From: a virus
DNA length: 64,000 nt
Virus record (IMG/VR): IMGVR_UViG_3300045391_007588
Span: 4,079 to 68,078 of that record
Reading direction: 5' to 3' (one strand)
In this document: positions 27,806-37,300 of the stretch, one piece after another
How the letters are laid out: each line of letters starts with the position of its first letter
Position numbering within the stretch: the first letter of the stretch is position 1
Notes under the pieces: generated by a model
The model's database searches: none
Seen by the model: the letters and a program-made list of their open reading frames with translations, nothing else
Told to the model about the DNA's origin: nothing
Made by a program: the position numbers and the translations under genes

Positions 27806-28075
27806 TTGTTTTTGCTGATCGGATTTCGCGGTTTGCCCGTCGGCGAATCCAGTTACATCAAATTTACGCTCCAGAGCAACAACGACCTCTATGTGAATTT
27901 CGAGCAGGCCATCTACCGCGACGAGGAGGACTCGCTACGCTTTTCGTATCCCGCCGATCATCCGCTCGCTGCTGAGTTTGAAGAACAGATGGTCAGGCTG
28001 CTGCGTGAGTACAAGGGCGACGGCGAATATCTGTCCGTCCATCACCCGGATGAGCCGGATGCTCGGAGCTTGTGA
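27806..28075 (+). pseudogene. Probable 5'-truncated ORF at the repeat junction
   Basis: Protein-like reading frame with no clear RBS, starting exactly where the 364-bp repeat ends. Confidence 0.35.
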
Positions 28076-28190
28076 AGGAACTGGAGAAAATGCGAATGGA
28101 GCAAGCCACGAGCAACGCCGCGAAGCCAAAAACCTGTTGCAGCGTGGCTATTGGAAGCAATGGAGCGACATTCCCAACCAGCGTTGATTC

Positions 28191-29087
28191 ATGGCAGAGA
28201 ACAACACCAACGGAATGACAGAAGCCGAAATCGCCAATGCCAAGGCGTTCATGCGATTCATGAGCCGTCACCTTGTCGTTCTGACAGGCCTCTACGAAAC
28301 CTATGAAAACGGCAAGCCCTTTAGTCGGGGCATGTTTGCGTTCTCCGGTTTCGTGATGAACATCCATAACCGAATCTTCTGGATTACGGCCGGTCATTGC
28401 CTCGATGAGAAATTCGACAAGCCGATCAAGGCGGGCATGATGAAAATCTGGGATGTCGGTCTGGCGGACTACTTCGGCGACAACGTCATCAACGATATTA
28501 AGATTCCCTACACCTATGAAGTCGGTCGAGCTTTGTATATCGACGACGACTCGCAGGGCCTCGATTTTGCGGCTATCCCTCTTGGCCCACTCGAAGTCCA
28601 AGCACTCCACGCCAACGGCGTTAAATCGGTTGGACGCGAGAACTGGATCAGCCAGAAAGACCTCACGTTTCAGCACTACAAGATTCTCGGCGTTCCGCGT
28701 CACCTGACAGAATGTGAGTTCAGAGATGATGGTGCTGTGTTCGGCGGAATACAGCCCGTGATGATTGCCATTGACCGTATTAACCCGAACTCCATTCCCA
28801 ATCCGTTGCCTGACTCTTGGTTCGTCGGACAGATTCCGCCCGATATCACCATCGAATCAATCGAAGGCATGAGTGGCGGGCCGATCTACGGCTTCCGTCA
28901 AAACAGCGAAGGGCAATGGGTCTATCACGTCGTGGCCCTCCAAAGCCGCTGGCGGGAGACATCGAGGGTAATCTTTGGCTGCTCAGCCCCTTTGTTTGCT
29001 GAAATGCTTTATGAGTACGTTGGCGAAATCCTAGGCATCAAGGAAGAAGCCCTTGAGCAAGCAGCCCCAGGCCCTGCAACAGACTAA
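28191..29087 (+). CDS. Trypsin-like serine protease without signal peptide
   Basis: ITAGHC (His), LDFAAI (Asp), GMSGGP (Ser) triad. Confidence 0.8.
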   Translation: MAENNTNGMTEAEIANAKAFMRFMSRHLVVLTGLYETYENGKPFSRGMFAFSGFVMNIHNRIFWITAGHCLDEKFDKPIKAGMMKIWDVGLADYFGDNVINDIKIPYTYEVGRALYIDDDSQGLDFAAIPLGPLEVQALHANGVKSVGRENWISQKDLTFQHYKILGVPRHLTECEFRDDGAVFGGIQPVMIAIDRINPNSIPNPLPDSWFVGQIPPDITIESIEGMSGGPIYGFRQNSEGQWVYHVVALQSRWRETSRVIFGCSAPLFAEMLYEYVGEILGIKEEALEQAAPGPATD

Positions 29088-29099
29088 CGAGGTCAACCC

Positions 29100-30005
29100 G
29101 TGGCCGAATTCACGGTTTTCTACTCCTGGCAAAGTGACCTGCCTCGAAAGCTGACGAGAGACGTTATCCACGCTGCTTGTGCGTCCGCCATTGAACGTCT
29201 CAAAGTAGATGCATCACTGGAAGACGCTCCACGCCTTGATCATGACACACAGGAAATTCCGGGCACACCGGAGATAGCCGGCACTATCTTCGCCAAGATT
29301 CGGGAAGCGGGGCTTGTAATTGCCGACGTCAGTTTGGTCGGTCAAACAACAAACCCGAACAAAAAGCCAAAACTATTGCCCAATCCAAATGTACTTGCGG
29401 AACTCGGCTACGCGGCAGCCAAAGTAGGGTGGGATCGTCTCATTCTCGTGATGAACACAGAGCATGGCCCTCCGGAAGAGTTGCCCTTCGATCTAAAGCA
29501 CCGTCGCTTTCCGGTCACATTCAGGCTAGGACAAGGTAGTCGAGCCTCACTTGAGGGAGTCCAAGCGAAATTGTCAGAACAGATCGAGGATGCCATTCGA
29601 GCCGCTTTACAGCATGAGCACGCAACCGTTGACGAAATTATCGCATCGCTCGACCTTCATACGATTCAGTTCTTGAAGAAATTCGGGGAATCTGAAGCGA
29701 TCGTCACTCAAGAGAGAAAAACGATGGGAGAAATTCTCGGCAATCTTTATACGGATGCCGCCATCACCAAAATGCTCGACCGGAAGGTGCTTCGTTGCAA
29801 CTTCCACCACGCGGACCAACGCTATGTATACGTGTGGACCTACATTGGCAAACGAGTGCTTCACGCACTCGGTGTTCGTAGAACTCCGCCCCAACAATCT
29901 CCCACTGATCTAGAGAAGTTCTTTTTCTCCGTCTCTACCACTGACGTTGCACAGGCAGCGGAGGCGGGCGAGGCTAAATCGCCAGGTGAGCCAACTGGCC
30001 AGTAA
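29100..30005 (+). CDS. TIR-like / nucleoside-deoxyribosyltransferase-fold protein with C-terminal extension
   Basis: VFYSWQSD, IADVS, PNPNVLAELGYA, LPFDL motifs. Confidence 0.7.
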   Translation: MAEFTVFYSWQSDLPRKLTRDVIHAACASAIERLKVDASLEDAPRLDHDTQEIPGTPEIAGTIFAKIREAGLVIADVSLVGQTTNPNKKPKLLPNPNVLAELGYAAAKVGWDRLILVMNTEHGPPEELPFDLKHRRFPVTFRLGQGSRASLEGVQAKLSEQIEDAIRAALQHEHATVDEIIASLDLHTIQFLKKFGESEAIVTQERKTMGEILGNLYTDAAITKMLDRKVLRCNFHHADQRYVYVWTYIGKRVLHALGVRRTPPQQSPTDLEKFFFSVSTTDVAQAAEAGEAKSPGEPTGQ

Positions 30006-30107
30006 CATGTCAACCGGTTGGCTTGGTGTTGTTGGGCTTTGGTTAAGGCTTCGCACCCGCGGTGCTGATGGCTTATTGCGGTAAGCCCCACTGATGGAAG
30101 GGTTGTT

Positions 30108-30935
30108 TCAACATACACCCAGAACTAAATAGAACCTCCGCATGACCGGAGCGCTAGGCGGCAAGGGGAAAGACGTTTCGCATCTCGGAGTAGTAGCGTC
30201 CGGCGTGTTGGAACCAATCGTTGCTTGAACCAACAGCTGTTCCAGGGTCTGACTGACGAGCAGCTTCCCGGTCCGCCAGTGCAACGAACCAGCAACGTGT
30301 CGCTTTTGGTTGTTGCCGGGCGTAACCACTTCTGCTTGCTGCCCTCGCCGCATCCAGCAGGAGCCGATCTTGGGATTGAGATTTACATCCACTTCGTCCT
30401 GAAACAGGGCCGTCTCATTGTCGGGAAGCGAAGCAAGGAGGCTGCGTATTTTCTGGAGTTTAACGTCATATTGAGGGTCGATCGGACCAACGACTGGTCG
30501 CGGTCTACGCCATACCCATCCCAACCGTGCCAGTCCCCGGCGAACGGTTTCACCGCTCAAACGGATCCCCTTTTCCCATGCCAGAGTCTCTGCCAATGCC
30601 GAACATGACCAACGGGAACGAAAGTAGCCGAAGTCTTGGGGAGTTCGGCTCTGGAGCCAGCGTTGAACAGTCAACAGCCAGTTGGGAATAACCGCCGGCT
30701 GGCCGGAACTGTCTTTCAAGACCGCGGCAGGGCCTCCATGTTGGAAGCTCCTGACGCAGTCGCAGATCAGATCAAAGCTGGCAAACGTAATGGCTCGCAC
30801 CTCGCGATAAGACCAGCCCTCCGATACGAGCAACACAATGTGGGCTCGACGGGATACTCGCACGTCATTTCCACAACGATACGCAGACAACAAGACCTTG
30901 CGTTGTTCTGCCGACAACTCGATACTGCCGTCCAT
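30108..30935 (-). pseudogene. IS630 transposase lacking the second Asp and the Glu of the DDE triad
   Basis: HTH region and LFQDEV present; sequence jumps from GKLLVSQ to TLEQLL and the natural C-terminus (..VFPLAA*) lies in another frame. Confidence 0.8.
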
Positions 30936-31040
30936 GGCCTGGGCTCCTGTTCATTTTGGGATACACACCCGAACGGTAGCGCCAGGCCAACTTTTTCTCC
31001 AATATCAAACGCGCTCCGAAAAGCGCAAGGTCCTATTTAG
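30125..31040 (-). mobile_element. IS630-family element, internally deleted
   Basis: Terminal inverted repeats CTAAATAGAACCT (30125) and AGGTCCTATTTAG (31040); about 915 bp. Confidence 0.85.
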
Positions 31041-31276
31041 CCTGGACTGTTCCCACCTACAAACGGAGCAGAGATATGGCAAATCGTCGTGGCGTGAATG
31101 TATCCGCAGCAATTAACTGCTTGCGCAAATTGCGACCAAATGCGTGCTGCAGATGCGCTGCACATTGGAGGCTTGAATTGTCGGTGGTTGACGTCGGTTG
31201 ACTGCGATTTGCAAGCATTGATTTCCCTTGGACCGCTGTTGTCGTTCGAAACCAAAGCTCTCTTAATCGTACTTTG

Positions 31277-33187
31277 TCAGAGAGTGTGCTCTTGAAGTTT
31301 GCGACGCAATGCCATTTCAATTTCGTTGAACACGCCGTCCCAGTCACCGCGGGTTTTTTGGCGAAAGAGTCGCATTGTGGGATACCATGGGCTATCGGAA
31401 CGGTCGAGCAACCATCGCCAGTCGGCGGCGAATGGAAGTGCAAGCCAAACGGGGACGCCCAGTGCGCCGGCCAAGTGGCAAACCGCAGTGTCTGAACTAA
31501 GCACGAGGTCGAGGTTCATGATGATCGCCGCCGTGTCCATGAACGCGCCATGCACTCTGTCGATCTCTCCGCCGAAATCGATCGTTCCGGGCGGAGCCGC
31601 AGATACAGCCGGCTCGCCGACGCCTTCTGACTTCTGTAAGCCTATCAGTCGTACGCCGGGCAAATGGGAAAGCTTCGCAAACGAATCCAGCGGAATATCG
31701 CGCAGACGGAATTCACCTATTCCGCGCCGGCCCTGCCAGTTAATGCCGATACGTAACTCATGATGAAGCTGACTAGCACCGTGAGACAAAATTGACTCGT
31801 CAAGCCTTGCCCGCCACTCTGCTATTAGCAATGGATCGGCGGACAAATACGGAACGTTTGCGGGAATCGTATGGAGTTCCGTTTGAAGAATCCCTGGCAG
31901 ACTCAAGAGTGGCGTGTAAAAGTCAAATCTCGGCAGTTCTTCCCTTTCCCCGATGACCTGATTGACTCCTTTGCATCTGGCGATAAGTGGAACAAGCTGC
32001 TTCGGACACCTGACCATTACTGACGCCCCAAGTCGTTGTATTATCTCCGCATAGCGTATGAATTGCAGCGAGTCGCCAAAACCTTGTTCAGTATCTAAAA
32101 GAATTGTCTTGCCCTTGAGTGCTTCACCATTCCATTGCCGGTATTGAACTTGCCGTGAAGGCATCTGGGGATCCTTCCATCGCCATTCGTACTCCGGCCA
32201 ACCTTCTGCAAAATTGCCTTTGAGCAGCCAGACATGAGAGCGTCCGATGTGTGGCCCAGCCAAATCCGGCTTTAATTCAATGGCACGTTCAAAGCATTTA
32301 GCGGCCTCTTCCAGGTCTTGCCGTGCCGTGTGGACAATCCCGAGATTTCCAATCGCTTCCGCGCAATTCGGATCAAGGGTCAAAAATGAACGAATTCGCG
32401 TGAGCGCATCATCCGGGCATCCGCTCATCCAGAGCAAGCGGCCCAAATGATGGTTTGCTTTGGCGTGCTCTGGCTGGAGTTCAAGGACGCGGCAATAACA
32501 GTTCATGGCGTCTTCGAGATTTCCTTGTTGCTCAAGAATGACGCCGAGCTTGAACCTCATACCAACGTTGTCAGGTTGTGCGTCCAAGCCTAGACGAAAG
32601 TACGCGACTGCATCACTAAGGTTTCCCTGTTCCCGTAAGGCGAAACCTAAACCAAACAGCGCCTCTGGGTATCGCGGCATTAGTCGCAGCGCCTGATGAA
32701 AGTGCCCGATTGCCTCCTCGACCTTGCCCTCATCCGTGAGTAGAAGAGCCAGATTAGCGTGAGCTGGTGCTAGCTTTGGATCGGTGCTTACCGCCGTTCG
32801 AAAGCTGGCAATCGCAGCGGCCCTGTGACGTTGCTGACGCTGACAATTTCCAAGGTTGTAGTGGGCCGCGGCAAACTGCGGCTTCAATTCAATCGCCCGC
32901 TGATAGGCGGCTGCGGCTTCTGACAATGTCCCTTGGGCTTCCAGGACGGTCCCCAGGTCGCAATGCGCCTCGGCATAGTCAGGACTAATGCTGACCGCTT
33001 GACGAAGACATTGGATAGCCGTTTCGCGCTCGCCAAACTGATCTGCAAGTCTGCCGAGTAGATGCCAAGCCGCAACGTTGGCTGGATCGGCCGCGAGAAT
33101 CTGACGATAAATCCGTTCCGCTTCCTGAAAACGGCCTGATTCGTGGCATTGAATCGCATCGGCAATTGAGGCGGGGATGGTCGGCAT
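31277..33187 (-). CDS. TPR-repeat glycosyltransferase (GT9-like GT-B C-terminus), paralogue 1
   Basis: Multiple TPRs; EQGFGDSLQFIRY, DTAAII..LDLVLSSDTAVCHLAGALG, SPWYPTMRLFRQ. Confidence 0.9.
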   Translation of the reverse strand: MPTIPASIADAIQCHESGRFQEAERIYRQILAADPANVAAWHLLGRLADQFGERETAIQCLRQAVSISPDYAEAHCDLGTVLEAQGTLSEAAAAYQRAIELKPQFAAAHYNLGNCQRQQRHRAAAIASFRTAVSTDPKLAPAHANLALLLTDEGKVEEAIGHFHQALRLMPRYPEALFGLGFALREQGNLSDAVAYFRLGLDAQPDNVGMRFKLGVILEQQGNLEDAMNCYCRVLELQPEHAKANHHLGRLLWMSGCPDDALTRIRSFLTLDPNCAEAIGNLGIVHTARQDLEEAAKCFERAIELKPDLAGPHIGRSHVWLLKGNFAEGWPEYEWRWKDPQMPSRQVQYRQWNGEALKGKTILLDTEQGFGDSLQFIRYAEIIQRLGASVMVRCPKQLVPLIARCKGVNQVIGEREELPRFDFYTPLLSLPGILQTELHTIPANVPYLSADPLLIAEWRARLDESILSHGASQLHHELRIGINWQGRRGIGEFRLRDIPLDSFAKLSHLPGVRLIGLQKSEGVGEPAVSAAPPGTIDFGGEIDRVHGAFMDTAAIIMNLDLVLSSDTAVCHLAGALGVPVWLALPFAADWRWLLDRSDSPWYPTMRLFRQKTRGDWDGVFNEIEMALRRKLQEHTL

Positions 33188-33239
33188 CAAAACCATGATG
33201 GAGCAAGAGGAATTGCCCGGCAATGGTACCCTCGTACTC

Positions 33240-33628
33240 TGGCGGCCCTCCCTGCAACAAATGCCGACATTGGCGCACGTGCTGGTCCGCTTTCAGACGC
33301 CGCGCAGGGCTCAGCAGTTTCCCTTCTGCCTCGGCCAACAGTTCTTGAGACGTCAGTTTTCTTCCGGCATCTCCTTCAGCCGCTTCGCAGCCTCTGCCTT
33401 CATCCCACCGTATTGATTCCGCCAGCGGTGGAATGTCTGCTCACTGATCTCCAGGCTCTGAACCACCTGGCCGATCGTCTTGCCCGTCGCCAGCATCGCA
33501 TCTGCTTCACGCAGCTTCTTGATGATCTGCTCCGGACCGTGCTTCTTGCCTTTCATCGAGAATCCTCCTGCCCGCAAAGGGCCGTTGGACTCTCATAACA
33601 CATGGATCAACTTTCGGGGAGCATTCCA
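33240..33628 (-). mobile_element. IS3-family remnant (left IR, orfA, start of orfB); inner boundary approximate
   Basis: TGGAATGCTCCCCGAAAG left end at 33628; MKGKKHGPEQIIKKLREAD...TFHRWRNQYGGM with premature stop; LSPARR orfB start. Confidence 0.8.
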
Positions 33629-33701
33629 TGACCCCAGGCCCTATCGTCACTGATAGACCTGCTCACGAAACCACCGACGCGGTGGCGCTCACAACCCTGG
33701 C

Positions 33702-34274
33702 TTATCTCCGCGCTGTCGTGCTATGAGCGCGGCGCGACAATTCACGCAGATCAATCTGCGGTGGAAGCTGTATCTCTGGCGGGTCAAGAACTCGACTGAC
33801 CTCCTGCAAACGGCCCCCACGGCACTCGTAAAATGCAACCTCTTGTTGAAAGCCTGGACGAATCGAACGACGAATTTCGAGCGAGTCTCGACCGCCGATT
33901 GTGCTCACGTTCGCAGAAACGAACATTGATTCATGGACACTTGGGTGAACCGCTACAACCTGATACGTCGAGTCGGTGACAACAACATCCTGACTCATTT
34001 CACCCGGCCAACCTTGAAAATTGCATTGGAACACAAGGATGTTGTAGGTTCGGCCCGCGTCTAACACAGAACCCTCGCACGCAAGCCAATGGCTCCGACG
34101 ATAATCCTGAATCAGCAATCGACGATTTAGGCGAACGATGACCGGCGACAGAAGCATCCCAACGAGACTTAGTATGCCGACCATAATAGCGGCTTGGCGA
34201 TGAGCAAGGACAAACTTCACACCACAACCTCCTCCCAGCGGTTTCGGCGCGGCTCCCCAAAAGCACGAATCCAT
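33702..34274 (-). CDS. Membrane-anchored protein, putative immunity protein for Rhs1
   Basis: First co-oriented ORF downstream of the Rhs1 tip; one N-terminal TM; true start uncertain. Confidence 0.55.
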   Translation of the reverse strand: MDSCFWGAAPKPLGGGCGVKFVLAHRQAAIMVGILSLVGMLLSPVIVRLNRRLLIQDYRRSHWLACEGSVLDAGRTYNILVFQCNFQGWPGEMSQDVVVTDSTYQVVAVHPSVHESMFVSANVSTIGGRDSLEIRRSIRPGFQQEVAFYECRGGRLQEVSRVLDPPEIQLPPQIDLRELSRRAHSTTARR

Positions 34275-34394
34275 TAGAGGATAATCCGCCTAACGGGGCA
34301 ACGCTGATTTCAAGTGGCCACACTGACACACGGCACGCGACGTTGCCTGCGGATCGCACAGACAACTCACTGCTAGCTGATTGCGTGAAGCGAG

Positions 34395-37300
34395 CTATTT
34401 CGGGTTCAAAGACTTGTCGATAGTAACTCCCAGCAGCTTCGCCCAATCCTTGGGAAACTCGCCATCAGGTATCTTATATGCAGCCTTGGAGTTACGCTTC
34501 GCCCCAGTCCAGTCATCGGTGATGTTAGCAGAGTATGTAAAGCTGGCGAGAAGATCCGACACTTTCTTAGGATCCGTAGCAGAACGACATACAATTCCTA
34601 CGGCATAATATGCCTCAAGGTGAATCGACAAACCTTTTTTCGAAACTGCTCTGCCGGGTGTGTCGATAAACACACCTTTCGTGGCATACTTAAAGCCAGC
34701 ATCTTTCTCCCAAGGCCGATTTTGATTGAAGGGAAACTCGACGGACTTGTCAGCATTTGACGTTTTTACGACGATAATCTTCTTAAATGATATCCACCAT
34801 CGGTTTCCGGTCATGGCTTTGGAATCAGCCGCAATAACCGTAATATTAATGATCGGCGGTATTTGCTTTGAGGGTGGTAAGTTTAGATTTTCAGTCGGTG
34901 AAGCATCAGCGGCAATCTGGACCTTAATATCTCCGAACGCAAACTCCTTGACCTCACTAATGTCATTTTCAGCGCTATCAGAGCCACCGTTCTGATTTCC
35001 AGCCGCTTGAAGACCAGTCGGATCGGTGTGATTTGTTGATGAGTTCCCGACATACCTATACGGATTGACGTCGGGCCGTAGTCCGGTCGGGTCTTCACTT
35101 ATCCACCGCCCGACACTTGAATCATACCAGCGGTTAAGATTGTTCTGCAAACCGGTGATTTCGTCGAACAGCCGGCCCGTGAAGCCGAAGATTTCGTCCA
35201 CAGTGTCATCGGACTCGCTCTTGAGATTGCCGAAGCTGTCGTAGAGGCGATGGTTCGCGACGGTCGTGTCGTGGGTTGAGGAATCGTGGGTCGCGAGGTC
35301 GCGGATCGTTCCGAGGTGATCGGCGAGGGGCCAGAGAACGCTGCCGGCCCAGTCGCCGGAGCTGCGCCCGCCGGTGGGTGGCGGCGACAATTGTTCGTCA
35401 GCCAATAGTTGGTCGACAGCCGGACCCCAAAGATAGCGGTGCGAGAGGTCTTCATAATCGTTGCCGTCGAACTGCAATGCGACCTGGGCGCTATCGTAGG
35501 AAAAAAACGTGTCTGTCGCAGCGTCTTCACCGGGGCCGTCATCGTCGACAGTGCGGCGCACCAGCCGGTTGGCATAATCGTAGGCATAAGTGGTTGTTTG
35601 TAAGATTGAATAACCGCCGTGAGGCAGGATATCCGCCTCCAGCGTGCGTGCGGTTTCTGGGTAGCCTGCTACTCGCACATGGATCTTGAACGAATTCTTC
35701 GGCGAGGGTTGATCGGTTAGGATAGTCGGGAACTCGACGCCCGTAGACACCGCACCATTCGACGGCGCCAGTGTCACCCAATGTTGAGAATCCCCTACTA
35801 CCCCCACATAATCCACGCCATAATGGGCTGAGAAGTCCTCGACATAATACTCGAGACTGGCTGGACCAGACGTCCAAAAGTCGACGTTAGCCGGATTACC
35901 CGCAACCGGTGCTGCTTGCGCTCCAGCGCCCCATTGTATTGTCGATGGATCGGTGCCGTCATCATCCAAAATGTCACCCTCAAGCGTGATGCTCGAGGCC
36001 GAAAATCCGGTGAACCAGGCCGTGAAGTGCAAGTACCTAGCACCGTCCTGAATCTGGTTCGAAATCGTCGGCACGCTAATGATTTCAACTGGACCTTGAA
36101 TCACGTGACCGGCGATCATCACATTGCCGCTATGGTACGAGACCTCGGTATCGTTCGTGTAATCGGTGTCGACTGTCGCGGTTCCGTCGGACAAAGAAAA
36201 TTGAAGCTGCGGAGCCCCTGATGGAATGCTAACAGCGAATAACAGACTTCGCCCTTCGATAGCCGGATAGCCATTTGTGTAGAGGTCATCATCAAGGTAC
36301 CCAGGAAGATCCGCTCCCGCGCCTCCAATAAGGGTATATGATTGTCCCGTAATGCTGATTGTGGCATAGCGCACGCCCCCGCCAATGGGGCCCGGATCGG
36401 CAGGTACTTCCGATACAATGCTGGATCCCCAGTTCCACGTTGTGCCGTCACCGTCGTCGGCCGGCGCATCAATAGGAACCTCGTCCTTAACCTCTGTGAG
36501 GCAATTGCGAAAGTCGTACTGGTATCGCGTGATTTGGCCTGTCGCGAGATCGGTGCTACTGAGTCGATTGCCCTCGTCGTCGTAGAGATATTCATGTGAG
36601 CCGTCGCTGACGAGTTGATTATTGGAATTGGTGGAATAACCGTCCATGGCGCGGTTGCCGTTGACGTCGTAAGAATATGCATCGTCGCCATTGGAATCGC
36701 TATTTGCGTCAGTCAATTGATTCGTATGGTCGTAGCTATAGTCCGTGAGGTCATCCAGGTAGGAATTTATCGACGTTATCCGGCTCCTGTCGTCGTACGT
36801 GTAGGCATACCCGGCCTTAGCGTCGGAGCCAAAATCGGACGTGGGCGCCGACGTAGCCTTCGTATGCGTCAGCTGCTTCAGACGCCCCATGTCGTCGTAG
36901 GAATAGAAGCTGTTGACGACCAACTCGGAATCGATCGCGCCGGCAAATCGGGCAATCTGCCTTATCTCGCTATCATCATAATAAGTAAACTTGGCGGACT
37001 TCGCGGTGACAGCGTTGCCACTAGTCGGACTCTGCTGCACTAACTTCCATAACCGTTGCAGATTGTCGGGCGTGTACGCATTGTGAAAGTCGGCAGTTCC
37101 GTTGATCGTGGCACTAAGATCGGTACGGAAACCATCGGAATTGTATTGGCTGGAGTACTGAATGTCGGGTGTTAAGCCACCGTCGGATCCGAGGCCGCTG
37201 ATGTCTTGGCTTTCGGTGTCGCGTCGTCCTACCGCGTCGTATTCGTAGTGGTACGTCGCAGATGTATCGCTGGCGTCGGTTAGCCGGCCGGCCAGATCGT

